A stretch of DNA of 64,000 bases from Iphione sp. A-MEVVRFRX5 (taxonomy: Eukaryota): NCBI GenBank assembly GCA_976226885.1, contig OZ320323.1, positions 41,788,001-41,852,000 on the forward strand, given 5' to 3'. Position 1 is the first letter of the stretch, and each line of letters starts with the position of its first letter. Shown here piece by piece: positions 27,201-39,075 of the stretch. The notes beneath the pieces are model-generated. The model had not been told where the DNA came from, ran no database searches, and was given only the letters and a program-made list of their open reading frames with translations. Made by a program: the position numbers and the translations under genes.

Positions 27201-30200
27201 TTAAATTACATTGGAAAACATAATTTGACATGGCTAATAATTAAAGGTGTGGAAAAAGACGCAAGGTGATCATTACATGTACCTCACGTTGTTTTTACCG
27301 ATGGTTTCCTTGTTAAATTTGGCGGCCTGTAGCTTTATGTATTTAGTTCCCGGAGGAAATATTATTCGTCATTATGGGGAAGTTTATGATCAAAGCCACC
27401 AGTAACATGGATATTGAACTTGATAACGCCTACAAATATCTGTGTAATATCCAGTAAAAACCTAACTAAATTAGAGTCGGTAGGTCAGTGTTTTTTCATT
27501 TCTTTTTTCCTCATCGTTTGTTGAGTCTAAAAACAACAAATTTATATAACAACAAATGTATATTTCCAAGCCTGGAAGCCTGCTGCTTGGATCTTAATGA
27601 AACTTGTGTCATCTGAAAGGTGAGGATCTACTAAAGTAACTGGTGTATAGTTTAAGTCTATAGCATTAGTTAATAGGAAGATATTACAGAATAGTACAAG
27701 TTGCAGTTGCTCAAATGTTAGGGTTGGTTGGGTTACCAGAAACACACGTATTTTTTAATAGGCCTAACTGATATAGTTCCCTATGAGTAGAAAGGAATGG
27801 TCGAAATTAAATTAAAGATAAAATATTTCATTTCTTACCTCATCTGAAAAAAACACATATGATTTGGTGTTTATTGTCCTTGCATATGAAAATACCACAG
27901 CTTAACTACAAGTGCTGAAGAGAAGGGCTATCGTTCTAAATTGTAAGTTTTCCCAGCACATCAATGTACAGAGAGGAGGCGCGGAGTGCGTTGTTGATCA
28001 ACACTTCAAAGAACATCAACGATTAGTGTCAGACATCCCTGTGTCAAGTGACACTTTGCGGGACAGATACAGAAAACGTAAAAGACAGACACTGTGACCT
28101 TATGAGACGGAAAATGACATTAAAAGACGGACTTCGTGACCTTAAGAGGCATCTGCATTGATTTTAAGACACGGACACTGGGAATTCATGAAACAGACCC
28201 AGAGACCATAAGGGACGGGCAGTGACCTTTGTTCAGGGACAACCTGAAATGGCCATTAGTAACACTCTTATGTGAACCCTTCCACATGCATATATATTAT
28301 ATATATATCGCTTCTTATCTTGGAATATCAGTAGGTATCAGCCCATGAAGAGCGAGACCACTTCAGTAATAATAGGCGAAAACATATCGATGTGTGTGTC
28401 CATTTCAAGCAGTACCAATGGTCGCAATAACAGAGTTATTCCATACACTTGTACTCCATAGGCCAAAAATGGTCATTTAAAAAAGACTCAGTAACCTGAA
28501 ATTTTATGGATAGAAAATTTGCATGTATACGCCTGTTGGTTATTAACTACACTTTTAGGCAAATTACAGATTGCTAGTAAGAGTACGTGATGCCCAGGAT
28601 GTGCCGATCCGTTTGTCACATTTGTCTTCTATGTTATATCACAAGTAGTTTCAATCGTAAGTCATATAGACCACAACCTGTCTGTTGATACCTGGTAAAA
28701 CGTAGACGTTCACAGTCAGTTTAGTCAGTGGATCTTTCACAGCTTCTTTCTGATATACATATTCGCTCTCAAACATTCCATATTATATACTTATTTATCA
28801 AGGATTCTTGTACCTGATCGTAAGAGCATATATCGGATTGCTATAAGGATAGAGCAGATGTAAATTTCTTACACAAATGCAGTAAATACTCTCTCTCATC
28901 TGTTGCCATTTTGTGGAGGCCTTCCCTAGATACCTTTATTGCAAAGTTTCTTTATGTCTGTGTTGCAAAACATATTCGAATACAGCAGATTCTAAGCACC
29001 TGTACATGTATCTGTATAAGTGTACCAAATATTTTTTATTCTATTTCCTATCATCTCTGCCCAGACATAATCATGAAGATACAGATAACTATGGATATGG
29101 CCATAGATCTGTACATTTATTTTACCCAGCCCATACTAAAACTCTAGAGTATTCAGATGTAAATGTGCATGAATGAATGAATGATAACTTTATTGTCCTC
29201 TTCGTGTGAATACAAAGTTTTCGTTGGACAGTTATGTTGAACAAAGAAGAGTAGGAAAATCAATACAAGACAAACGTATGTACAGAACAAGTGACATAAC
29301 AACATTACAAAATAATTAGGAACACACAGGGAACATTTATGAATGTTACGTACAGGTCTCCTTCGGAGTGTTAGGCTGATGTAAAGACAGGGTAGACGTT
29401 GTAGGTATACGACAGACATTAATACAGGACATATAACAGAATGGCGGTACACTAACGAGTTACACAAAAAGAGGTACATGTATTTGTCTATGTACTCCCT
29501 ATGTATACGGATGCATACAAACTGGTCTAGGATGGGTTTTCTACACCTACGGATGCATAGTCCATAGGAAGCAATGGTGAAAGACATCTGGTTTTACATA
29601 AAACATGTAGTGCACTCAGCAGGAGGTATTCTATGTCTCCAGACACATAGACATAATTTTTGTCCATATTCCATATGGATACATGTGATAGGCCCCTTAC
29701 ACCAGAGTAGTTTTATCTCTTGACCCGAAAAAATACTTGCCTAGCGGTAACATGACGCCGCAACCAAGAAGATACAAGTATGTTTAACCAGTAGGCTCTA
29801 CAGACCCTAATAAAGACAATATCTGAGTAAGACCCAGATACCACTTTTTTATGTTATCAAATTCATAAATACGAACATGTCCTCAAGTAAGAACACTTGG
29901 AAAGAACCAAAAATGGTCTTTGGCTAAATCTGAACAGCCTTTAACTTGGACTGTTTTCCAATCAGCCCCTTCGTTGTCCACATTAGAAGAATTCTAATAT
30001 ACATGTATATTTATATATAATTGCGTCTAATCTGAGGCAATGACAAAATGAGTAACTAATTCAAATATGTTGATCGCATCAAAATAGGAACAACCTCTGC
30101 CTGGCCTCACTTATTGGCAGTGGTCTCTGCAAATGCTCTGGCAGAAGCCTCCACCACAGAGGAAGGTCCTCAGGCTCCCCACAGACAGTATATGTGTATT

Positions 30201-33200
30201 TTAGAAATACACATGCAACATATAAGTATATTTATGACTCAAAGAAGTATAAGTATATTTATGCTTTAAGAAGAGTCTTTTATGCATGGATTACATTTCT
30301 AATAACATTAGGATTTGAATGTAATCTTCCAGTTGGAGCGGCATGTGAACACAGCACAGGATGGTGACAGTGTCACCTCAAATGAACTGTTTAACTGTTG
30401 ATGTTTTCAGTGATACTGAAGACCCTTTACTTGGTTGTACAAACCTTTAGTTAGGACACAAAAACAATACTTCAGAGGCCTTCAAAACGACATACATTTA
30501 TTCAGAATTTTTCTGTCTGTTTATGATGTTTAGTTCTACAGTATTAAGAAATAACCGTTACGAGAAAACTCAGCCAGATAAGACTGAACAAGACAAACTG
30601 GTACCAGACAAAATAGACCTGGGCAAATGATCACCATCAAAACAGATGGAAAAACACCGTCCTCGGGTGGCTATTTAAAGTCTTCAGTAACATCAGAATA
30701 AACTACGATGATAATGTCCCCAACGGCAGGGGAGAGACCATTAATGACAATTAAAGAAAGGAGCAGATTTAAAGATTTCTTAAGCTGTTCTGTTGATAAG
30801 AGTAACAGAGGGACCATATTTTCTCCACCGATGCTATCAATTCACCATCAGTGCATATTACGGTGAACTGTTTCTATTGAGCCCGCGGCTTCTACACACG
30901 TCACTACCACGGGTAGTCCTCAGTGAACCTATTAGGCCCGACTCTCAACAATGGCTGCCCGATGGAAATCTGATCACGTCAGGCCCGAGGAAATCAACGC
31001 TGTTCAAATCAGACCTGAGATCCAGACAAAAAAAAAATGCTTCTGCACCTTTACCAAATCGATTATAAAGGATGAATGGGAAGATAGATTTCGTTTTCGC
31101 CGTATGGAAAAACACATCGGCGTCATTCAAATGTCGGTAAAATGAGATTTATGTGAGTTCACCAGAGATCAAAGGTATTGTGCATGAAGCCCCTGGGGGC
31201 AGCCTCTCCTCTTGATTGCCTTCTAAAGAGGGAGCTTTTCATCTGTTTCCTGTGTCCATCAGCAGGTATTTAAATTTCAACAATGCTTTGTATGGAGAAG
31301 CTGAAGGTGTTGAGAATCGGTCATATAAAACCCACCTAAATCGAACAAAGAAGTGTTGTTCCCACACCTGTGTGTATACCGGTTTGGGCCTTACCGTCCC
31401 CTGCAGTCAGAGGCATGGGAGCTGGGCTATGTGACTTAACAGGTAAAAGATAGTATCTGTAATGATTATTTTAATGTCCGAATCGAGTTATTGATAGAAA
31501 TTTTGTAAACGCTTTCAGTCGTACACAGGCGCACACCATATGAGTCGTACGTGTATTCGTCAGTATTACATGTATATTCATGTACGTGTATGTATATTTG
31601 TATACACAAACAGACAGATGTAGAAAATTGCCACTTTGATTCATTGAACTCTAGGTACCGTTTATTTTTTTTAGGAACGCTCTCATCCTTTCTGTGTGTT
31701 TTTTTCTTACTTCAGGAGATCGGAGGTACCACAATGGCCCTTGAGACGGCGCTGCAGTCTGGTTTCCGGCATATTGTCGTCAATACCGTCGACAAAAATG
31801 AGCTCGAAGTTGGCCATGTAATCCGACGCTGGACTGAAAACAAAAAACTCTCACGGGAGGATCTGTTCCTCACCGTCAAGGTAGGAGCTATAAGTACTGG
31901 TTCTGGGCGGCCGCCATTCTGTTTGCATAGTGATGGTTCTGTTAGTGTTATGTTAGGACCCTTTTATATGCACAAGTTGTCCTTCACAGCAAACGCTCCG
32001 TTTGGTATTATTTTCGGAGGGGTCTGAGTTAGCTAATGACTTGCAGATGTCCAGGTTGGTGAGGAATCCATTGAAACCTATTGGATAACACATACAATTG
32101 CATTACAATCGGTCCTGGACCAGTTGGTGGCATGTCAACGGATCCTTAAGCATTGTAAGTGGACACGTGTGAAGAGGTCGGTTAAATTCAACGTCCGCAC
32201 ACAAATGCACTCACGTCAATGGATCCGTGAGCGTGAACAACACATATATGAAAAAATCCACCTTAATCCTGGCACACACTAGAATTCGGGCGAGTTTTTA
32301 TTGAATTTAGTGCCGTAAAATCAATCCCCGTGTGGACATGTGCAGTCATTTTGCACAGTGGTACCTTGTTAGAGATGGGACGTGTATAGCGGAGTTTCAC
32401 AGATACCCTAGACTGGGTGTATCACGACGTGATCAGTAGTCTACCGATTATATTAGCTAATTATGCAAGGTAACCTTGGGCATTTAGCTTCAAATGCAAT
32501 TAGTGAGCATCAGTCGAAAGCATATCGCCCTGTCGGGACTGGCCTCCACAACTAGCAGGGGATTATTGGATGTGGAGAGACCAAGGTTACGTCCTTGAAG
32601 TGTTGGCTGGTGAACTCAGGTTTAATATTATAGACTGAAGGAAGGAGCAAGTCCGGAAGAACAAAGAACAGATCAGAAGCCTGTCAGTGTGGCCACTCCC
32701 TCAGCTGGGTAGATAGAGTCAAAGCATTGGTGAGGATGCATCAACGTCTTAAGGTTCGGGTGGCCGTTGCTGATTGACAGATTATACCAGAGTTGGCGAG
32801 GGTGGTACAGGTCGGTGGCTTAGCTGTGCGAGCTGGCAGGACCCGCTAGGCTGTTGGGACATGGCCACAGGACCTGGCAGTGGTAATGTGGAGTGCCGGT
32901 AGGGAAATAAAGAGAAACCCTGCATGATGTTGAGGGAAGGGAAAAAAGCTTGCCTATGTGCCATTATTATTGATATTTCTGGGAAATTCCAGGGAGAAAA
33001 ATACTGAGGCATATTGATTTTTTAAAGCTTTATTTAACCGGAATCTTTATACCTACAAGTACTATTCTTCAGGATTTGCACAACAAAGTCAAGCAGTTGT
33101 AGGGTGGAATTGCCGAGTTGTGGTAGTTTTCACGAAACTGCTGGAAGAAAATAACCGAGTTGTGGGCTTTGGGCTTAAGGATGCTCCCCGTTATGACATT

Positions 33201-36200
33201 AGTGTTAAATTTAGAATGATACAGCCAGTCTAGTGATAGGACCAATCCAGCAAGAGATTGATTTGCTTTATTTATTGACATATCTGTGGTGTGCCCATAC
33301 GTATGGCCGATTTAATCAGTCTCAAGGTTGAAAAAAAACTCTGCAAGGCATTCATATCAGTTATAAAGAAAACTGATATATGCTCAAACTGTGACTGATA
33401 TGATTCATCTGGAGGTTGAACAGGTCTTGCAAGACATTGGTGTGAATAGCTGTGAAAATAGACATTGACTAGTGCGGTTAGTGACAACCAAAGTTAAAAG
33501 TATGCTCATGTACCTTATCTACAGGCAGAAAACGTCCCTTGTAGAACTTCTCTACAGACACCACCATTTGCTATTTTTTGAAAGTGATCTCTATAAGAGG
33601 GGGGTCTTCGAATAATGAACTATTCTGAAATCTATTTATTCTGATCACTAAAAAGATGTTCTGTGTATAAGAACTGTAGTTCAAGATCTGTTCAACTGCA
33701 GAGTTTGATACTACAATCACCGTTTAATGTTGTATACCACATGAAAGGCCATTAGTTGTATGCCACTCCCAAACAAAGTTTTCTTTAGGCCTTAAAAAAA
33801 GTTCTGTATTTCCGGTAACAAGCTGAAAATATAGAGGGTCGGCTGGTAGGTGGCATATTTGTTTTCAATGTTAATTACTACTCAAAGTAACAAATGTAAA
33901 TGGTAACCTATGCTCTACTATTTAGATTTTAATGTGATATATATCAAATGAAAGCTAATGATCTAAGCACCAAAATGACGCATGATATATGTCTCTATAA
34001 TTATTGGTTCTGAAGATATTGACAAAACAATGATGAAATAAAACGTTCCAATACTGGCAAAAGGAGGGTCGGTCGGGTTACTGGAAACAGATATTTTTGT
34101 TAGGCCTTATTTGTGCCTGTCCTCGCAACGATGAAGAATTCAAAGTAAGATGTAACAATAAAGCTACGCATAAAATGTACAGCGAGATCTACGTCTGTGT
34201 GCACACCTCTTACTAATGTGGAGTTGAGGTATCTAACAGTATCAGAAAAGTGTTGCTGATAATGGAAATATGGTACTTTCTGATTGCCGGGATATTACAT
34301 GTTCCTGATATTATTTTATCTGTCATCAGATGAGCTTTGACGAGGGCGAGCGTATTAATCTGAAGTCTCGGTTCGTTCAGACTCTGTACACCTTGAGCTG
34401 TGATTACGTCGATCTCCTCATCCTTGATATGGATAGTCTGCAGGTACATTATACGTTTACAACACTCCCCCCCCCAAGTCTGTTGCAATATACTCTGCAG
34501 GTGCATTATACGTTTACAGCATCCCCCAGTCTGTCGATAATGCGTCGACAATGAAAGCATTTCCTGCGAATACAGATATGTTGTTACAGATGAAGTATGA
34601 CTGCAACATTTTCTCTTTAATGGTACTTAAAGCAGTCGATGTGTCCATGTAAGAATATGGAGAATGACCCACATAGATTAAAAAGTATCTCATACCAACA
34701 CGGGTTTCAGCCTTTCTAACTTTACCTATCTGTAGCACTGTTATAAGGCAAAAAATAATTAGGTGTGTTTCTGATAACCCACCCCTACGTAGTAAAATGT
34801 CACCCTACCTAAAAAATTTCTGATCCCAAAGAGTTTCCAAGGCTGAATTTCCTTAGAAATGTGTTTTCACAGCATATGTTTTGGTAATTTCAGTAGAAAA
34901 ACAATAAAATCCACGGAAATTCACCAAAAACTGTAAAACTCATACAGATTGGTCAAAATTCTTGATATTGTCTTTATCATTATTGAAAACCAGAGGAAGA
35001 AACTGGGAAAAAAATCTTTAAAAAAAGATAACCCCCCCCACCTAGGTTTTTGGCCAGTCGTTACCAGAAACACACCTATTTTTTTGCCCCAACCAGTATG
35101 CTTCATACCATAGCATGGGGTCCAGCATTTCTAACTTTACCTGTCTGTAGCATTGTTATATCCAAAACGGTTCATACCATAACATGTGGTCCAGCGTTTC
35201 TAACTTTTCCTATCTGTAGCATTGTTATAACCAAAATGGTTCATATCATAAAAATGGAGACCAACGTTTCCAACTTTACCTATCTGTAGTATTGTCATAA
35301 CCAGAATGGTTCATACCATAACAGGGGGTTCAACCTTTCTAACCTATTTGTGGCATTGCTATAACTAAAATGGTGCGACGTTTGACATAATGTATTTGAT
35401 ATTTTGTTTATACATCCTTTCCAGTGCCATCGTAAAAGTGTTCGTAATAATGACATCCATGCCACTGGAACAGCCCTGTGGAAGGTACTACCTAATCAGT
35501 TATAACTTTATAAATGAACTAGAATGGCTAATATAGAAAGGTTTTAACAGCAGAAGATTCACATGGAAGGTGTTATCAAATTCTTATAGTTTCAATACTT
35601 CCAGATGTAGAGCGTCTATCAGTTTCAATTTAAATGAGAAAAATGTATGTTAAATCTTTGTAATGAAACATGGTCGCCATTTTGTTATACTCGTTTTATT
35701 AGTAGTGTGAATTGCGGTTCTGTGTTACCACTTGAAGGGTATTCAGCCAAAGAAGGTCCAGTTGGCTACCTGGTATATCGCACCTAGGAACAACCATAGC
35801 GCCCACTAATAATGATTCAGAAATCATAAAGTTAAATTTTCAGCTAGATAACGAGTGAGGCCTGAGTTTACATGTAAGCCAATTGTTTATAAGTTTGGAG
35901 ATGGTTTCATTAAAAGAAGTACACGTTTCTTGCAAGAAACTTGGAGAACACACATAAGGCAAAGACATCTTTAATGAGAGACAGGAAGTAGGAAGTAGTT
36001 TCATGAGAGCTCACCAGGTGACATAATACTCATTTGATAACTCGACTCTAACAGTAAAAAAACTTCATTGAAATAAATTCAAAAGTACATTTTGTGTAGT
36101 TGTTTTCCTTATCACCCAGTCAGTAGCCGGACTACAAAGGGAACGCAGCGTCCGAGCGGCGGGCATCGTCTGCAACGACGATGACCTTCTAGTGTCATTG

Positions 36201-37461
36201 TTCAAGAGATGCGACCCGACCCCACAAGTTCTGAATGTAAGTTACAGGCTCGTATAACTAGGTCCTTACACCGAGAACGTTCATTTCGCAGACAGGGTTC
36301 AGCTTTTAGGGGAAAAAACTTCGATGGGAAACAAACAGCCCTTTCCACTTTACCTAAATGCAGCACTGATAGCGATACCGTGTGTGCCATTTACTATGGA
36401 GAACCACTGCTCTTTGACATAAAACGCCCAATGATCACCAGCTTATATATTTAATCTAATATCTTTTCGTTACTCCGCACATTAATGAAAAAAGTAATAT
36501 CATTTCAGCTGAACTACTGCGATTCACTAAATACCAGAACGTTCCAGTCCAGTGCTGCCATCTGCAGGAAATACTCCATACAAGCACTCATTGACATCGA
36601 TGAACTCGACAGGTGGGTTTGCGTCTGAGAGACTTAAAATACGTGTAAAACCTTATATTGTGTAAGCATATAAATCATCCATACGAACTTTAAAATGAAA
36701 CCTTTTTCGAGTCATGACAATTATATATACTTGACATCACACTTAAGATCTGCATCCCTAGATCTGACATAAAACAGACCCCAAGTACAGACAAAGCGTA
36801 GTTTAGAGTTAGACTTTTTGAAACATTGGCACGCTGTGACAAATGACAGTTAAAGACAGATATCTGGTTCATAACAGAAAGCTGTCCATATTTTACGAAT
36901 CTACCACAGTGCATTATCTTTATACCAATATGTTGCAAGGGAAATGCTCCATAAGGCTGAATGGAATTCCCAGATGGAATTTAAAGGAGCCATTCATATA
37001 TGTTATTTATTTTTACAGGATACAAGACATTAACAACACGGCACATGATAAGATTTTGAGAGAGATGTCGAACAAAATAGAACGATCTCAAGAGCAGGTA
37101 ACAGTTTTGTAACTGAAGTTATATAAAATTTCTGCAAAATGTAATGTGTGAACGACTTACATGCAATGGACCCGTCGATTGGAGCCAGGTGGCATGCGTG
37201 AAAGAGCGCTAGTTGCTATGGGAACAGGCCAGGCCTTTTCCTCATTGGTGAAATATTTATCGTTGTAATGAAAAAATCGACGGGTCCATCACATTTTCTC
37301 AATTCTCTACATATAGGCCTACAGGCACACTGAAATAGTGCGTAAAATTGTGAAATCATCTTTGAAAATCTAAAGCTTCAGATACACAAAATCACCGAGA
37401 CATGGACGCACACACACATACGGTATATATATATATACAAGTTTATATCACATTTGCAGCC

Positions 37462-37492
<31 letters not shown>

Positions 37493-38379
37493 TTGTATTC
37501 TTACTGGATGGTTGCCTTTTCAACCTCTGAACAGAGTTTCACATATGAAATGATGAACAACTTTCATGTCTTGGGGGGGGGGGATGGTATCTCACTGTTT
37601 AGACAAGGACATTAATTATGAATGACTTTTGTACCGTAGGAAGTGGTAAACACATGTATAGGTGGAGACATGTTTTACTGGGTGGCCTCTATATTATAAA
37701 TTAGAAAGGCTACTTGGGAATGATATCAATACCTACACTAGATCATGTTGAGATCGGGACATTATTTAACAAGTCACATTCCTGTGTTTAAAGTCTGACT
37801 ATGATTATGTCAAGCCAGAGCCATTGTTACAGTATGGACTTCCTTGTGTTTAAAGGTACTGGCAAGGTCTTGCCTGGACAGAGGGATGGCTGTTGTAGCA
37901 CGATTCTCCGACAGGAAAGCAATTAGGAATAGCTTTAAGGTGAGGCTGCTTCTGCTGATTTCAGTTTCCTTTTTGTGTAACATACATTTGCGCTACATCT
38001 AAAAATTGAAAAATGTCTGGCGCAGCTCCCATTCACACTCAGAACATTACTTTTGCCTGATAGGCGGAATGTTTTGCTCCTTTAAAGAATTGAGTTTTTT
38101 CAGAATAAACTGCAGGTTAGCTTGGATAACTAAATGCTGAACATAAGCATATTTGAAAGGGCTGATATAGAATCAGTTTAAAGTTTTTAAGAGAATGAAG
38201 ATAACCGGGAATACAAAGTTCTCAATAAAATGTTTTCTTCGATCAGTACTAATATATCAGATTCCTTGCACAGTGGTACTTTGATTCTTAGAGCTAGATT
38301 ATGTATTCGTTTATTTCAGGTTTTTGACTTCTCAATCCAACGGCAAGACTTACTTGGCCTATTTCGGACCGTGGTATAG
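19819..38379 (+). CDS. Spliced gene, join(19819..19914,31716..31880,34330..34443,35425..35484,36120..36236,36509..36612,37019..37097,37856..37939,38320..38379): 292-aa aldo-keto reductase family 1-like protein, probably catalytically inactive
   Basis: 879-nt open frame across nine GT-AG exons. AKR landmarks in order: VRLSNDVRMP, ALETALQSGFRHI, NELEVG, SREDLFLTVK, DYVDLL, LWK, VRAAGI, ICRKYSI, DKILREMSNK, EQVLAR..LDRGMAVV, IRNSFKVFDF. Intron positions and phases (0,0,0,0,0,2,0,0) match those I recall for vertebrate AKR1 genes. Confidence 0.92.
21229..21277. repeat. (GA)n microsatellite
   Basis: Read directly from the sequence. Confidence 0.95.
21400..22140. repeat. Diverged minisatellite, unit about 45 bp (GATAGAACTATAGTG / GATGCATCAC)
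   Basis: Recurrent motifs across about 740 bp of AKR intron 1. Confidence 0.7.
22171..22369 (+). repeat. Dispersed repeat (ACAAGCGCCTTCGCC...TTTTATATAGGTAGTGTA), second copy at 47456-47732
   Basis: Shared ends and internal GGGTAGGAATACACC and GGGCCACACATGTCAGC; class not determined. Confidence 0.65.
24270..24690. repeat. Minisatellite, unit about 47 bp (GCTGTTGACATGGAAACATTGACAGTCAAGTAGAGACACTACC)
   Basis: About 8 diverged copies. Confidence 0.75.
26240..26520. repeat. Tandem repeat, periods 99 and 102 bp
   Basis: A(G/A)GTCTGTAATGT at 26264, 26363 and 26465. Confidence 0.75.
29168..29600 (-). mobile_element. Decayed 3' end of a LINE (L2/CR1-like)
   Basis: Minus strand ends AATAAAGTTATC(ATTC)n; upstream KPDVFHHCF resembles the usual ORF2 C-terminal K.D.F..SFFPR motif, with stops. 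Confidence 0.45.
31716..31880 (+). CDS. AKR-like exon 2
   Basis: Polypyrimidine tract plus TTCAG; EIGGTTMALETALQSGFRHIVVNTVDKNELEVGHVIRRWTENKKLSREDLFLTVK; donor GTAGGA. Confidence 0.92.
33788..34106. mobile_element. MITE (GGCCT-A-tract...TGTTTCCGGTAAC ends)
   Basis: TA-GGCCTTAAAAAAAGTTCTGTATTTCCGGTAAC versus GTTACTGGAAACAGATATTTTTGTTAGGCC; related to the split copy at 46649-47994. Single ends also at about 6740-6770, 27730-27765 and 53298-53330. Confidence 0.65.
34330..34443 (+). CDS. AKR-like exon 3
   Basis: MSFDEGERINLKSRFVQTLYTLSCDYVDLLILDMDSLQ, similar to LDYLDLYLIHWP; CAG acceptor, GTACAT donor. Confidence 0.88.
34690..35345. repeat. 70-bp tandem array interrupted by a MITE
   Basis: TTCATACCAT...TTTCTAACTTTACCTATCTGTAGCATTGTTATA units at about 34690, 35102, 35171, 35240 and 35310. 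Confidence 0.8.
34747..35089. mobile_element. MITE, inverted copy of the 5608-5952 family, inserted in a 70-bp tandem array
   Basis: TAGGTGTGTTTCTGATAAC versus GTTACCAGAAACACACCTA; internal sequence is the reverse complement of 5608-5952. Confidence 0.7.
35425..35484 (+). CDS. AKR-like exon 4
   Basis: Acceptor CCTTTCCAG; CHRKSVRNNDIHATGTALWK; donor GTACTA. Confidence 0.8.
36120..36236 (+). CDS. AKR-like exon 5
   Basis: SVAGLQRERSVRAAGIVCNDDDLLVSLFKRCDPTPQVLN, similar to AMEELVDEGLVKAIGISNF...KPAVNQ; donor GTAAGT. Confidence 0.85.
36509..36612 (+). CDS. AKR-like exon 6
   Basis: Acceptor TTTCAG; LNYCDSLNTRTFQSSAAICRKYSIQALIDIDELD, ends in phase 2; donor GTGGGT. Confidence 0.82.
37019..37097 (+). 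CDS. AKR-like exon 7
   Basis: Acceptor TTTTACAG; (R)IQDINNTAHDKILREMSNKIERSQEQ, similar to LEDPRIKAIAAKHNKTTAQ; donor GTAACA. Confidence 0.88.
37168..37287. mobile_element. Non-autonomous TIR element (GGACCCRTCGA ends), short form, in AKR intron 7
   Basis: Perfect TIR GGACCCGTCGATT versus AATCGACGGGTCC. Confidence 0.65.
37462..37487. repeat. (AT)n microsatellite
   Basis: Read directly from the sequence. Confidence 0.9.
37856..37939 (+). CDS. AKR-like exon 8
   Basis: VLARSCLDRGMAVVARFSDRKAIRNSFK, similar to [28 protein letters not shown]; donor GTGAGG. Confidence 0.9.
38320..38379 (+). CDS. AKR-like exon 9 (terminal)
   Basis: Acceptor TTTCAG; VFDFSIQRQDLLGLFRTVV then TAG; AATAAA at 38667-38672. 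Confidence 0.88.
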   Translation, partial: VFDFSIQRQDLLGLFRTVV

Positions 38380-39075
38380 AGAGACATACGGTTTCACATC
38401 TTCCAGTCGGACCAAAAAATATATGTGCAGCAAAAGATTTGTATTTTCAAAGGTTAAACTCAGGCGAATGATAATGTCTGATTAAGGCATCAAACCATGC
38501 ATGTATATAGTATATTTGACTTAGCGACCAACCCACACTCATACCTATTCCAGTAAGGAATTGTGTTTTACTTTCTCAATGTCTTACGTTCTGTTAAGGA
38601 TGATTTGGGATATATGCACCCGACATGGGTACTATCTACTTCCATGTGAAAATATCTGTATATGTAAATAAATGTCATTCATACACTTTACGTTCTTTTC
38701 CTTTATTCAATTTTCATTTTCTTTTTGAGGGATGTGAAAATGTGAAATCAAAATGAATGATGAACGTATCATTGATAACATACCTCCAACAGATGTCACA
38801 GTTTCAAGGCTTCGCATTTGCTTTTATTTGTAAGATAAAACTTATAGTTGATATTTCCGATTATTCATAAGATTACTTTATTTAAAATTTAAATATACTG
38901 AAGTAAATCCACAATATCTTCCTAAAAACTAACTTGTAAGTACACGAGATTTAATCTTTAAAATCAACGGAATATCTTAAATGGTAGTACATGTGCATGT
39001 AATAGCTCTTGAGAGATCTCAAGATAGGTATTCATCAGGATTTAGGCCATAAGGGCTATTTATGGAGCTGCCTTA

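Noticed and set aside
30951-31145. ORF with a good start context (MAARWKSDHV...) in AKR intron 1
   Set aside because: Short, runs through an A-tract, no recognisable motif
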